Shown: piece by piece, positions 17,792 to 27,873 of the stretch
Layout of the letters: the number at the start of each line of letters is the position of its first letter
Numbering within the stretch: the stretch's first letter is position 1
Position numbers and translations under genes: made by a program
Notes under the pieces: model-generated
Told to the model about the DNA's origin: nothing
What the model saw: only the letters and a program-made list of their open reading frames with translations
Database searches by the model: none
Assembly: GCA_019115455.1 (NCBI GenBank)
Contig: DXDN01000006.1
Coordinates: 75,463-139,462, forward strand
Direction of reading: 5' to 3'
Origin: Candidatus Eubacterium faecigallinarum
GTDB taxonomy: Bacteria; Bacillota; Clostridia; Oscillospirales; Acutalibacteraceae
Length of the DNA stretch: 64,000 nucleotides

Positions 17792-19084
17792 TCAGTCCTC
17801 CGATGGAAGTTTTGACAGACAAAATATATTTTTTGTGTCTCGGCAAGTCTTTACTCTTTCGTCGACACAATAACCGATAACGCCGATTACGCCCTGTTCG
17901 TCAGCTACAACACTGACGCTTTCACGCAATTCCGGCGGTATTTTCATTTCATTGTAAAGCTTTTTTAGCGACTTTGAGCACCCTCTGCCGGCAGGATTAA
18001 TTGTATCACCGGCAATTCGGTTGCGAACAGTCACTTTTCCGATAATTTTATCACAGTCACAATAAAAATCAACAGATTTATTATCAAATTCAGAAAATTT
18101 TAAAATTTGCGTAGCATATTTGAAACTTTTGTCCTTCTTAGAAAAATCAGCGAATCTGAGAAATTCACCGTCCGCCACGGCAAAAATATCACCTTTAATC
18201 TGTACCCTGCCGCTCTTGTCAAGCAAACACAAAATACTGTTTAAATGAACACGGTCAAGGGTGACATTATAATCTGAAAAATATTTCAGCAAAACTCTTT
18301 TCGCTACTGAAATGTCAAGTTCCTTTATATCTGATTTTCTCAGTCTGCCATCATCACAGCATTTGAGATATGCCTTTTCAGCCGACTTTTCAATAAAGGA
18401 CATATCCTCCCTTGCGTCACTGATAAAAGCTGCGGCATTATTAATAAAATCACCGCTTATTTCTGCAAAGGAAGGTATGATTTCATTTCTAATATAATTT
18501 CTTGAATAATCATTATCGAAATTTGTAGCGTCGGTTCTGTAGGATATATTGTGCTTATTACAGTATTCCCGTATTTCGGCAGAGGAAACGTCAATAAGAG
18601 GTCGGATAATTTTATCCCTGACAGGCGGAATACCGCACATTCCCTTTAATCCGCTGCCCCTTGCCAGCCTGAAAAGCGCCGTTTCAACATTATCAGTAAG
18701 GTTGTGGGCTGTTGCGATTTTATCACATTCGATTGAATTAAAGAATTCATATCTTCTCTTGCGTGAATATTCCTCAACACCGATTTTATTAGCTTTAGCC
18801 TCTTCGGGTGCATTTATTGACAGAAGATGAAATTCAACGTTGTGACTGCGGCAAAAATCTTCAACGAATTCTGCGTCCTTAACCGAGTCCTCTCCCCTGA
18901 TGCCGTGCTCAACATGAGCCGCGGCAAGAGTGATGCCGTACTTGTCACGCACTGTAATTAAAAAGTTAAGCAAGAGCATTGAATCTGCTCCCCCCGATAC
19001 AGCCACAAGAACTTTGTCACCGCAGGAGAGCATATCATATTTTTTAATTGTATTTTCTATCGTGTATTCGATTTTATTATTCAT
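17792..19084 (-). CDS. tilS: tRNA(Ile)-lysidine synthase
   Basis: PP-loop VAVSGGADSM, and a position immediately upstream of ftsH. I moved the start to the ATG at 19084 (MNNKIEY...), which overlaps the dnaB stop by 8 nt. Confidence 0.85.
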   Translation of the reverse strand: MNNKIEYTIENTIKKYDMLSCGDKVLVAVSGGADSMLLLNFLITVRDKYGITLAAAHVEHGIRGEDSVKDAEFVEDFCRSHNVEFHLLSINAPEEAKANKIGVEEYSRKRRYEFFNSIECDKIATAHNLTDNVETALFRLARGSGLKGMCGIPPVRDKIIRPLIDVSSAEIREYCNKHNISYRTDATNFDNDYSRNYIRNEIIPSFAEISGDFINNAAAFISDAREDMSFIEKSAEKAYLKCCDDGRLRKSDIKELDISVAKRVLLKYFSDYNVTLDRVHLNSILCLLDKSGRVQIKGDIFAVADGEFLRFADFSKKDKSFKYATQILKFSEFDNKSVDFYCDCDKIIGKVTVRNRIAGDTINPAGRGCSKSLKKLYNEMKIPPELRESVSVVADEQGVIGVIGYCVDERVKTCRDTKNIFCLSKLPSED

Positions 19085-20438
19085 AACGTGATTTGTCAAT
19101 TGATCTGAAACGTGTAAATTCCTTATCAAATGTCATTTCTATGGAGCCGGTAGCGCCGTGACGGTTTTTAGCAACGATGAGTTCCGTTTTGTTTGCGTCA
19201 ATCTCGTCCTGCTTGTCTTCAGCCACATCGTTCCTGTAATAATCCTCACGATAAAGGAACAAAACGATATCGGCGTCCTGCTCAATTGAGCCTGATTCAC
19301 GAAGGTCGGCAAGCTGTGGCTTGTGATTTTTGCCGTGTCCCTCAGTACCTCTTGAAAGCTGAGCACAGCAAATTACAGGAATATTAAGGTCCTTTGCCAT
19401 CATCTTAAGCTGCCTTGTGATTTCGGAAACCTCCTGAACACGGTTTTCCTTTTTTGAAGCAGAGCTAATCAGACCGAGATAGTCGATAATTACTGCATCA
19501 ACGTTTTTCATACGTCTGAGTCGTGACTTGATTTCAGGCACAGTAATAGCCGACGTATCATCAAGATACAGTTCAACGTCATTAAACTGACCGGCAGCAT
19601 TACCGAGTCTAACCCACTCATCGTTAGTCAGCTCACCGGTTTTCAGCTTTTGAGATTCAACTCCCGCCTGAGCAGAAAGGAGTCTTTCCGCGAGCTGTTC
19701 CTTTGTCATCTCAAGGCTGAATACAACGCATTTTTTGCCGGCGTTCATAGAAATATTTTGTGCAAGGTTAAGCGCAAAGCTTGTCTTACCCATGGCAGGA
19801 CGGGCGCCTATAAGTATTAGGTCGGATTTGTTAAGTCCGGTCAAATACTTATCAAGCATTCCGAAACCTGATGGTATTCCCTTGTACTTTTCCTTATCCT
19901 CACCGGTTATCTGGGAAAGTTTATTATAAACGTCATTAACGATTACTTCACTTATTTTGGTGGGTCCGTTTTTCTCCTTGCCCTGTCTGAGATTGTATAT
20001 CATCTGCTCGGCATAATCGAGAATGGCAGATGCTTCTCCCTCACCTGATGCCGCCTTTGAAATCACATCATTTGAAATATTAATGAGCGTTCTGAGATAG
20101 TACTGCTCCTTAACGATTTTGATATATTCACCGATATTTACGGCAGAGGGAACAGACTGCTGAAGCTGAAGAATATACTCCCTGCCGCCGGAAACATCAT
20201 ACTTACCTGATTTAGTAAGGGTATCTACCAATACAACAGGGTCAATCGCCTTTGATTTTGTATACATCAGCATCATTGCGGAAAAAATCGCTTTGTGCTG
20301 AGGAAGATAAAAGGACTCCGCATTTATTTCTGCAACAGCATCTTCCATGCACTCAGCGTCCATAAGAATGCAGCCGAGAACAGATTGCTCTGCCTCAAGA
20401 TTAAAGGGCACTCCCGTTGTCAAATTATTTTCAGCCAT
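19077..20438 (-). CDS. dnaB: Replicative DNA helicase DnaB
   Basis: 453 aa; the PFNLEAEQSVLG N-terminus, Walker A GARPAMGKT, and RecA-like helicase motifs. Confidence 0.95.
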   Translation of the reverse strand: MAENNLTTGVPFNLEAEQSVLGCILMDAECMEDAVAEINAESFYLPQHKAIFSAMMLMYTKSKAIDPVVLVDTLTKSGKYDVSGGREYILQLQQSVPSAVNIGEYIKIVKEQYYLRTLINISNDVISKAASGEGEASAILDYAEQMIYNLRQGKEKNGPTKISEVIVNDVYNKLSQITGEDKEKYKGIPSGFGMLDKYLTGLNKSDLILIGARPAMGKTSFALNLAQNISMNAGKKCVVFSLEMTKEQLAERLLSAQAGVESQKLKTGELTNDEWVRLGNAAGQFNDVELYLDDTSAITVPEIKSRLRRMKNVDAVIIDYLGLISSASKKENRVQEVSEITRQLKMMAKDLNIPVICCAQLSRGTEGHGKNHKPQLADLRESGSIEQDADIVLFLYREDYYRNDVAEDKQDEIDANKTELIVAKNRHGATGSIEMTFDKEFTRFRSIDKSRYE

Positions 20439-20528
20439 AATAATACGGACCTCAAATCAACGGCAGAAAAAATTCTGCCGTGATATGCCTTTTCCTTTCA
20501 AATTTATAAGCGCTTAAAGCAATGCGGT

Positions 20529-20972
20529 TCACGCTTCTGAAACCTGTACAAAAATCTTTGCAGTTATGCCCTGGTAAACCTTTATTTCAGCCTCAACGGT
20601 ACCAAAAGTCTTAATATCACTCATGATGATTTTTCTCTTATCAACATCAATGCCAAGGCTTTCCTTAATTTGGGAGCTAACATCTTTCGAGGTTACAGAA
20701 CCAAAGAGCTTACCGTTAGCGCCCGCCTTTGCCTTAATGCAAAAAGTCTTGCCCTCAAGCTTTTCAGCCGTCTGCTGTGCCGCTTTTATTTCTTCTGCCT
20801 TGTGGAATTTCTTAGCGCTTTCCTTAGTATTAAACTCATTCATTGCGGTAGCATTTGCTTCTACCGCTAATCCCTTAGGAAAAAGATAATTTCTTGCATA
20901 GCCGTCAGAGGCTGATACAAGATCTCCCTTTTTTCCAAGGCTTTTAACATCTTGTTTAAGAATAACTTTCAT
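20529..20972 (-). CDS. rplI: 50S ribosomal protein L9
   Basis: 147 aa; [32 protein letters not shown] is the canonical L9 N-terminus, and rplI-dnaB synteny is present. Confidence 0.95.
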   Translation of the reverse strand: MKVILKQDVKSLGKKGDLVSASDGYARNYLFPKGLAVEANATAMNEFNTKESAKKFHKAEEIKAAQQTAEKLEGKTFCIKAKAGANGKLFGSVTSKDVSSQIKESLGIDVDKRKIIMSDIKTFGTVEAEIKVYQGITAKIFVQVSEA

Positions 20973-20985
20973 TAGGTTTATCCTC

Positions 20986-22761
20986 CTATATTTCCATCAG
21001 TATCGGCAAAATCATCGGACTGCGTTTGGTTTTGTCGTACATCATTCTGGAAATCTCATCTCTGAGTTTTGTCTTAACTGAATTCCAGTCGTGATATTTG
21101 CTGTCATAGCACTCGTCAATCACTCTGCATGCAAGATCCCTTGCGCTGTTCATCAGAGCTTCATTTTCCTTTACGTAGACGAAACCTCTTGAAACAATAT
21201 CAGGTCCGCTGACTACCCTGCCGCTGGAACTGTCTATCGTGGCGACAACTATTATAATACCGTCCTTAGACAGGTGTTTTCTGTCATTGAGAACGATACT
21301 GCCGACATCGCCAACGCCGATACCGTCAACGTAAACTGCCCCGGCTGTAACATTGTTGAGGAATTTTATGCCGTCCTCAGATAATTCAATTCTGTCACCG
21401 ATATTTCCTATATAAATATTCTTCTTATCGATACCCATGGCAACACCGAGAGAAGCATGGCGCTGAAGATGTTTCTGCTCACCGTGTACGGGCAGAAAAT
21501 ACTTTGGCTTAACAAGCCCCATCATCAGCTTAAGCTCTTCCTGACAGGCGTGACCTGAAACGTGAACGTCATACATTCTTTCATAAATAACATCGACGCC
21601 ACGCTTCATAAGCTCGTTGACAACATTGCTTACCATCTTCTCGTTTCCGGGAATAGGCGTAGCAGAAATTATAACGTAATCGTTCGGCGTAAGGCTGACT
21701 TTTCTGTGCTCGCCGAAAGCCATTTTTGTAAGCGCTGACATCGGCTCACCCTGGGAACCTGTGGTAATAATTACCATCTTGTCGTCAGGATAATTCTTTA
21801 TGAGGTTAATGTCAATGAGCACGCCTTCAGGTACATTGAGGTATCCGAGCTCACTGCCGACATTAACAAGATTTTCAAGGCTTCTGCCGATTACGGCAAC
21901 CTTTCGTCCCCGTGATTTTGCAACATTTATAATCTGCTGAACCCTGTGAATATTTGAGGCAAAGGTTGCAACTACGATTCTTTTGCTCTTTGCTTTTCTA
22001 AACAGCATTTCAAAGGATTCGCCCACAGATTTTTCACTCATGGTGTAGCCGGGACGTTCAGCGTTAGTGGAGTCGGACAGCAGAGCCAGCACTCCCTTTT
22101 TTCCGTACTCGGCAAATCTCGGCAAATCAATCATATCGCCGTCCACAGGGGTGGTATCTATCTTAAAGTCACCGGTCTGAATAATAACTCCGGCAGGACA
22201 GCGAATAGCAAGACCCACTGCGTCGGGTATGGAATGATTAACATGTATAAGCTCAATATTGAAATTACCGAGAGTAATATTATCCCTGGGCTTGATTTCA
22301 ACGAGCTTTGTGGAATTTAATATACCGTGCTCCTCAAGTTTGCCTTTAATAAGACCGATAGTAAGCTTTGTGGCATAAATAGGAATATTAATTTTCTTGA
22401 GAAGATAGGCAATTCCGCCTATATGGTCCTCATGTCCGTGTGTAACAATGAGACCTTTTATCTTGCCTGCATTATTCTCGATATAAGTAAAATCAGGAAT
22501 AACAAGGTCTACACCCGGCAGATCTGCATCCGGAAACGCAGTTCCGCAGTCGACGATAAACATATCGTCTTCATATTCATAAAGAGTCATATTCTTGCCT
22601 ATTTCATTCATGCCGCCGAGAAACGCAATACGCACTGACTCGCTGCTCTTCTTAGGCTGAAAAGACTTCCTTTTCGTGGCTTTGCGGTAAGTTAGGTAAC
22701 GCTTTTTGGAATTCCGCTTTCCGTAAGCGTTCTTACCGTTCTGCCTATTTTCATTTGTCAT
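20986..22761 (-). CDS. rnj: Ribonuclease J
   Basis: Beta-lactamase/beta-CASP fold motif HGHEDHIGG and the RNase J family N-terminal region IGKNMT.YEY. I moved the start to the ATG at 22761, 7 nt after GGAGG. A basic N-terminal extension of about 40 aa is present. Confidence 0.9.
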   Translation of the reverse strand: MTNENRQNGKNAYGKRNSKKRYLTYRKATKRKSFQPKKSSESVRIAFLGGMNEIGKNMTLYEYEDDMFIVDCGTAFPDADLPGVDLVIPDFTYIENNAGKIKGLIVTHGHEDHIGGIAYLLKKINIPIYATKLTIGLIKGKLEEHGILNSTKLVEIKPRDNITLGNFNIELIHVNHSIPDAVGLAIRCPAGVIIQTGDFKIDTTPVDGDMIDLPRFAEYGKKGVLALLSDSTNAERPGYTMSEKSVGESFEMLFRKAKSKRIVVATFASNIHRVQQIINVAKSRGRKVAVIGRSLENLVNVGSELGYLNVPEGVLIDINLIKNYPDDKMVIITTGSQGEPMSALTKMAFGEHRKVSLTPNDYVIISATPIPGNEKMVSNVVNELMKRGVDVIYERMYDVHVSGHACQEELKLMMGLVKPKYFLPVHGEQKHLQRHASLGVAMGIDKKNIYIGNIGDRIELSEDGIKFLNNVTAGAVYVDGIGVGDVGSIVLNDRKHLSKDGIIIVVATIDSSSGRVVSGPDIVSRGFVYVKENEALMNSARDLACRVIDECYDSKYHDWNSVKTKLRDEISRMMYDKTKRSPMILPILMEI

Positions 22762-22812
22762 TAAATAACCTCCAAAAAATATATTTTTTCCGTACACAAT
22801 AATTTATATCAT

Positions 22813-22841
22813 ATAATATGTCATTATCTTACTAATGTCAA
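22813..22841 (-). promoter_or_regulatory. Sigma-A type promoter for rnj
   Basis: Minus strand reads TTGACA - 17 nt - TATTAT. Confidence 0.6.
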
Positions 22842-22888
22842 GTAAAGACTGAAAACACGGAAAATGTACTGATGACTTTCAAATCAAC

Positions 22889-22917
22889 ATCACACATATT
22901 GATTATTGCCAATTTAG
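22889..22917 (+). promoter_or_regulatory. Sigma-A type promoter for rnhA
   Basis: TTGATT - 17 nt - TAAAAT. Confidence 0.5.
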
Positions 22918-22960
22918 GTGGTAAAATATGTTTAATTCTAAAAATAATTACGGAGCAAAT

Positions 22961-23395
22961 ATGAAAAAAGTTGAAATCTACACTGACGGCGCCTGCAGCG
23001 GCAACCCAGGCAAGGGCGGCTGGGGGGCAATACTTGTATACAATGGGACAGAAAAAGAAATCTCAGGCGGAAGCCAAGAGACCACAAACAACCGAATGGA
23101 ACTTACTGCCGTAATTGAAGCACTGAAGAAATTAAAAGAACCCTGTGAGGTTACGCTTACTACTGATTCAAAATACGTTTGTGACGCAGTAACTAATGGC
23201 TGGGTCTACTCCTGGCAGAAACACGGCTGGAAAAAAGCTGACAAAAAGCCTGCGCTTAATGTTGACCTTTGGGAATGTCTTTTGCCGCTTCTTGAAAAGC
23301 ACAGCGTAACTTTTAACTGGGTTAAAGGACACAACGGTCATCCGTACAACGAGCGCTGCGATGCTCTTGCCGTGGCGTATTATAACAATCTTTAA
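22961..23395 (+). CDS. rnhA: Ribonuclease HI
   Basis: [26 protein letters not shown] and TDSKYV are RNase H motifs. I placed the start at the ATG at 22961, which follows a GGAG SD; the ORF-track start at 22928 falls at the predicted transcription start. Confidence 0.9.
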   Translation: MKKVEIYTDGACSGNPGKGGWGAILVYNGTEKEISGGSQETTNNRMELTAVIEALKKLKEPCEVTLTTDSKYVCDAVTNGWVYSWQKHGWKKADKKPALNVDLWECLLPLLEKHSVTFNWVKGHNGHPYNERCDALAVAYYNNL

Positions 23396-23397
23396 TA

Positions 23398-24201
23398 TCA
23401 GACAAGCTCTTTTTCAATAACACCTATGCCCATACCGAGCTTTCCGCCGCTTAGCATATAAGCCTTTGCACTTTTCTGCAAAGATGTATCTTCCGGATAC
23501 TTGCTTTTGTTAATGCGGCGCTTTTTATATATTCTTTCAATTGCCTGTGCGTCAACAGAGCATGAATAGACTATATCAAACAGCGATGAAAACTGAAGTA
23601 TATTTGACGACGGCTCCATAAACTGCCAGTTTTCAGCAAACAAAAGCCAGCTTTCGCAAAAGAAAAATCTGTAGCTGTAGCCGGGAAAATATTTTTCAAA
23701 AAATATCTTTGCTTCTTTAATCGAGCTTACGCAGTCGCTGTAGACGAGCTTTTCCCCCTGAGGAATATGTACATATATAACCTTTTCTCCGTAATCAAAC
23801 GGCAAAAGCGAATATTTCAAAAATCTGCTTTTGCAGGTATAAAACTGATATTGCAGTCTGCCTATTTTAAACAGTTCAAGACTGACGTGATTTTTAAGCC
23901 ATCGGTAATTTTTAAGACCTTTGTTATTATTATTTTCACACCAGATACGAATATCATCCATCGTATCATAAAATATTGAGTCGCTGATTCCGAGTTTTTG
24001 ATATTTTTCACGGGCATTTGCTGCACACTCAAGAATTACCGCAAGGCGGGTAATATCATCGGCAAATCTCAGGCATGAAAAATTACCGCTTATGCACTTT
24101 TTAGCCAATGACAGTATTTTGACCTTGTCTTTTTCGGCAAGGTCAATTACTTTTTGTTTTAAATTTTCATCAAGATTAATATAATTAATTAAATCATTCA
24201 T
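23398..24201 (-). CDS. Hypothetical protein; resembles the clostridial 'acyltransferase domain-containing / DUF5596' family
   Basis: Family recalled from memory via features such as WLKNHVSLELFKIGRLQYQ and CESWLL. I moved the start to MNDLINY (24201), directly after the upstream stop. Confidence 0.45.
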   Translation of the reverse strand: MNDLINYINLDENLKQKVIDLAEKDKVKILSLAKKCISGNFSCLRFADDITRLAVILECAANAREKYQKLGISDSIFYDTMDDIRIWCENNNNKGLKNYRWLKNHVSLELFKIGRLQYQFYTCKSRFLKYSLLPFDYGEKVIYVHIPQGEKLVYSDCVSSIKEAKIFFEKYFPGYSYRFFFCESWLLFAENWQFMEPSSNILQFSSLFDIVYSCSVDAQAIERIYKKRRINKSKYPEDTSLQKSAKAYMLSGGKLGMGIGVIEKELV

Positions 24202-24202
24202 A

Positions 24203-24835
24203 TCAGTTAGCGGCAGATGTCTGGGTCTCCTGCGTGGCGGAAGTTGATTCTGTCTGAGCCGCAGAAGTTGCTTCATTATTGGAAATAAGTCCTGAGGACA
24301 CAATATGTTTTACCTCAAACTTAATGTTATATCTTGTAAGAACATCAAGAACCTCAAAATTAAGGAAATTGCTTTCGGCGTTTTCGTCTTGAACAACAAA
24401 AGATGTTCCTTCGTCAAGGTATTTAACTTCATCCTCAAGTCCTTTAATACCGTCAACCTCTTCCCCTTCAAAGAAAATATACGTACCCTTGACTGTAATA
24501 ATACCCTCAAACTTATTTTCCTGCTGGGTGGTATATGATTTTCTTGTGGTAGTAGTGGTTTCATTAGGCGTAACAGGAATAACACCGTTATAAATCAGAG
24601 CGCAAATGACTGCTGCTGCAACTGCCACAAGCACAAGAATAATATACGGCGCTTTCTTCTTTTTCTTCTTTTTTCTGAAACGGTGACGCTCAAGAGTAGG
24701 TGTGTCGCCGCTCTCCTCATCGGTATGAGTAGCGCTCATTGAAATTTCACCGGCAGTTTCCTGGTATGAAGCGTCATCCTTTTTATGTACTACAAGAGGG
24801 CTGTCCAGCCTCTCCTCTTTGATTTCATCAGCCAT
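24203..24835 (-). CDS. Hypothetical single-pass membrane protein
   Basis: Acidic disordered N-terminus, a poly-Lys stretch (RKKKKKKKAP), one TM helix, then an extracytoplasmic domain of about 120 aa. I recognised no family. Confidence 0.5.
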   Translation of the reverse strand: MADEIKEERLDSPLVVHKKDDASYQETAGEISMSATHTDEESGDTPTLERHRFRKKKKKKKAPYIILVLVAVAAAVICALIYNGVIPVTPNETTTTTRKSYTTQQENKFEGIITVKGTYIFFEGEEVDGIKGLEDEVKYLDEGTSFVVQDENAESNFLNFEVLDVLTRYNIKFEVKHIVSSGLISNNEATSAAQTESTSATQETQTSAAN

Positions 24836-24902
24836 ATCGTTACCTCAACAAATTATAATTCAAATGAATTTTACCATAAAATTATGCTTTTTTCAATAAG
24901 TA

Positions 24903-24931
24903 TTGAATTTCGTTAATAAAATTGATATAAT
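24903..24931 (+). promoter_or_regulatory. Sigma-A type promoter for the ROK kinase gene
   Basis: TTGAAT - 17 nt - TATAAT, with a TGa extended -10. Confidence 0.6.
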
Positions 24932-24964
24932 AATTTAACAGATATATTTCTTCGGAGGTACATA

Positions 24965-25846
24965 ATGAGAATTCTCACTTTTGACATCGGCGGCACTAAC
25001 ATTAAATACGCTCTCAGCAACGAAAAATTCATACTTACCGACAAACACACAGTACCTACCGAGGCACAAAAAGGCGGTCAGGAACTGGTACTTAAAATCA
25101 TATCAATTATTGAGCAGTATGACAATATTGACAGAATCGGTATTTCCACTGCCGGTCAGGTTGACAGCGAAAACGGTATCGTTGTTTATTCAACAGATAA
25201 TATTCCGTATTACACAGGCATGATGGTTAAGAAAATCATTGAAAACAAGACCGGAATACCGACTTTTGTTGAAAACGACGTAAACGCATTTGCTATGGGC
25301 GAAGCGAAATTCGGAGCCGGAAAAGGCAAATCTGATTTTCTCTGCCTCACTTACGGAACCGGTATCGGCGGCGCGCTTTATCTTGACAACAAGCTTTACA
25401 AGGGCATGGGTTGTTCTGCCGGTGAATTCGGTCATATGATAACTCACGCAGGAGGAAAGCAGTGCACCTGCGGAGGCGAAGGATGCTATGAGTGCTACGC
25501 CTCGACAAAAGCCCTGCTTGACAGCGTCAACAAAAGGAACTCCACTCAGCTCAATTCTTTTGAAATATTTGAAAAGGAAAATTTCAGCAAGCCTGAGATA
25601 CGCTCCGTAATTGACCAGTGGATTGACGAAATGATCATTGGACTTATTAACATCATTTATATTTTTAACCCACCTCTTATCGTTCTGGGCGGCGGTATAA
25701 TGAATGAAGACTACGTTATCGACCTGATTGACAGAAAAATTTATAATCTGCTTATGGAGAATTTCAGGGACGTAAACATTGTACGTTCTAAGCTCGGAAG
25801 CGATGCGGCGCTTCTCGGCGTTGCAGCAGAGGCAGCAAATTTATAA
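24965..25846 (+). CDS. ROK family sugar kinase
   Basis: N-terminal ATP-binding DIGGTNIKYA and the ROK zinc motif GHM...CTCGGEGCYECYAS. Substrate cannot be called from sequence alone. Confidence 0.85.
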   Translation: MRILTFDIGGTNIKYALSNEKFILTDKHTVPTEAQKGGQELVLKIISIIEQYDNIDRIGISTAGQVDSENGIVVYSTDNIPYYTGMMVKKIIENKTGIPTFVENDVNAFAMGEAKFGAGKGKSDFLCLTYGTGIGGALYLDNKLYKGMGCSAGEFGHMITHAGGKQCTCGGEGCYECYASTKALLDSVNKRNSTQLNSFEIFEKENFSKPEIRSVIDQWIDEMIIGLINIIYIFNPPLIVLGGGIMNEDYVIDLIDRKIYNLLMENFRDVNIVRSKLGSDAALLGVAAEAANL

Positions 25847-25862
25847 TATAAGCATAACAATG

Positions 25863-25891
25863 AAAAGACGCAGACAATGTCTGCGTCTTTT
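25863..25891. terminator. Bidirectional terminator between the ROK kinase and AlkD-like genes
   Basis: 13-bp stem aaaagacgcagac/gtctgcgtctttt with A/T runs on both sides. Confidence 0.7.
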
Positions 25892-25897
25892 ATTTTA

Positions 25898-26563
25898 CTA
25901 TTTTACTTTAAGAGTTTTTAAATATGCTTTTGTTTCGCTGTCCACTCTGTAGGACTCGCATATCTTTTGAATGGTCTTATTATGTACCCACGGCTGAAGA
26001 ACCTTGTCCTCAAGCAGCGGGAATGTCAAGTCTTTGTACTTTACAAAAGCTACTGACAGCGCCCAGGCAACAGCCATATTGACATAATATAGTTCTGAGC
26101 TTATGCCGCTGATTAACTCAATAGCTCGTTCAATATAATCATCTGTGAAAAAGTAGTTCATCAGCATCACAACAAAAAATCTGACCTCAAATTCAGAACC
26201 TTTTGAATAAGGCTGAAGAAAATCCCATACTTCCCTTTGACAATTCTTTACGAATTTTACAGATGAGCACAGGCAGTCGCAGACCGCCCAGTTATCAATA
26301 AGCGGAACAAATGCTTTTAAATCATCTAAATGTTCGCTGACAGAACACTTTTTTAATCCGATTATCATTGCTTTTAATAATATTTCGTCATAATAATCTG
26401 TTGAAAAATCCGCATTTTCAACCTTTGCTTTTTTTGCCATTTTTCTTAAAACGGGCATACGGACTCCGATAATTTTTTCTTCGGAAATATTAGGCACAAG
26501 TTTACTTTGAAACTCCTTATATTTTAAATCCTGATTTTCAAAAAGCTCTTTTCTTACATCCAC
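25898..26563 (-). CDS. DNA alkylation repair (AlkD-like HEAT-repeat) family protein
   Basis: 221 aa; IDNWAVCD and the helical-repeat pattern are typical of PF08713-type proteins. Confidence 0.7.
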   Translation of the reverse strand: MDVRKELFENQDLKYKEFQSKLVPNISEEKIIGVRMPVLRKMAKKAKVENADFSTDYYDEILLKAMIIGLKKCSVSEHLDDLKAFVPLIDNWAVCDCLCSSVKFVKNCQREVWDFLQPYSKGSEFEVRFFVVMLMNYFFTDDYIERAIELISGISSELYYVNMAVAWALSVAFVKYKDLTFPLLEDKVLQPWVHNKTIQKICESYRVDSETKAYLKTLKVK

Positions 26564-27816
26564 TATAAATACTCCCTGAGTTCGTCCAAACGCTCATCTT
26601 CGGTTTTTATAAAATTCTCATCAATTTCACATTCGACGGAAACGGTATCAACAAGCTTAGGATTCCTTACAAAGATGCCGCCGTCTTTATATCTGATTAT
26701 ATTTGACATGCCGCCGAGGGCTGTGACAAAGCCGTTAAGCCTTGTGGGAATATAAACATTGCAACAATCAGAAATACCGTGCTTTTCAAACACAAATTTA
26801 TAAACAAAGTATCCTATCGCTACAAAAACAACTCCGCCTGCCAACAGATAAACAAGCTTATCGGAATAAATTATCATTTCAGTTATTCCGCCGTCGGCAA
26901 GATAGCCCATGCCAAGGTCAATCACATAAGCGGCAAGATATGCACCAGCGGAGAGAATAAGCACCGCCGCAAACAAATACGGACTTTCCAAAAACAAAAA
27001 CAGCAAAAGAAAAGTAAGATTTCCGCTGATTACTGCGCAAACTGCTGTCGCCAGAAGCACATAACGCTGAACTCCTTTAAGGTCAAAAAACAGTGCGGCG
27101 CTGATTCCAGAAAGTGAAAAAAGCAAAAAATAATGTCCGGATAAGTACGTACTGACAAGCTTTCCGCTGTATCCTGCTTTGAGCATATCCTTAACTCCGG
27201 TCACGATTTCATCACCAATCAGCACTGAACCGCCGTAGCTGTTATTAAAAATCATTTCTCTGAAAGTATCTACATTAAGTAGCGAGAAAATATTGTCTAC
27301 AACGCCGAAAAGCACTGGTGAAAAATATGCCTTATCGGAAATAAAGCCCGACAGCTCCATTATAAAATTATTCCAGCTGTCGCTTACCAATCCGGTCAAT
27401 ATTCCTATAATCACGCATGTGCCGACTGTTACTGCAAGGGCGAGAATCATGCCAAATCTGTTAAAACAAAACGAGCACAGCAGACCTGTAAAAATACCCA
27501 AAATGAAAAGAGGTATACCGTCAACAAACGAATTCGCCGCAGTACTTAGCAAAGCAAAGCACATAACGCTCCAAAACGCTTTAAACGCCTGCTTGCCGTT
27601 GGTAAGTTTAAGCGTTATATAGTAACAAAAAACATATCCCGTCAAAGCATACAGCGATTCACTGAAGCCGCTAAGTACATTCTTGGCATCAGCCGCTAAT
27701 CCTGTATATATGCAAATAAGCTGCATTATTTCAGCAACGGCTACGAACACCGAGCAAATCAAAAACGGCAGCAGCATCGCCGTTTGGAGTCTGTTAAAAG
27801 CTTTAAATAATCTCAT
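26563..27816 (-). CDS. PTS glucose-family EIIC-EIIB-like permease (EIIB module apparently degenerate)
   Basis: The N-terminus FKAFNRLQTAMLLPF resembles the PtsG/NagE N-terminus. The protein is multi-TM with a GGITE motif. The C-terminal ~80 aa carry ALGGMSNI, but the expected C-x-T-R-L-R motif is absent. Confidence 0.6.
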   Translation of the reverse strand: MRLFKAFNRLQTAMLLPFLICSVFVAVAEIMQLICIYTGLAADAKNVLSGFSESLYALTGYVFCYYITLKLTNGKQAFKAFWSVMCFALLSTAANSFVDGIPLFILGIFTGLLCSFCFNRFGMILALAVTVGTCVIIGILTGLVSDSWNNFIMELSGFISDKAYFSPVLFGVVDNIFSLLNVDTFREMIFNNSYGGSVLIGDEIVTGVKDMLKAGYSGKLVSTYLSGHYFLLFSLSGISAALFFDLKGVQRYVLLATAVCAVISGNLTFLLLFLFLESPYLFAAVLILSAGAYLAAYVIDLGMGYLADGGITEMIIYSDKLVYLLAGGVVFVAIGYFVYKFVFEKHGISDCCNVYIPTRLNGFVTALGGMSNIIRYKDGGIFVRNPKLVDTVSVECEIDENFIKTEDERLDELREYL

Positions 27817-27873
27817 ACCGTAATTATGCGCATTAATTACGGTTTAAATTCAGAATATGAGAAATTTTTCCTT

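Noticed and set aside
1-22800. Uniform minus-strand orientation of about 20 consecutive genes considered as a sign of a giant operon or island
   Set aside because: The genes are classic essential or housekeeping genes separated by several terminators and promoters. Co-orientation with replication of highly expressed core genes is normal in Firmicutes.
24203-24303. The apparent 101-nt overlap between the 210-aa and 301-aa minus-strand ORFs
   Set aside because: The overlap disappears if the downstream gene starts at its internal Met (MNDLINY, 24201), immediately after the upstream stop. The upstream extension (MCPQDLFP..RRRPRHLP) looks like out-of-frame read-through.
24640-24680. An A-rich poly-Lys coding tract (RKKKKKKKAP) considered as a slippery or phase-variable site
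   Set aside because: The tract is interrupted (aag/aaa/gaa mixed) rather than a pure homopolymer. It sits at the cytoplasmic face of a TM helix, where positive charge is expected (positive-inside rule).
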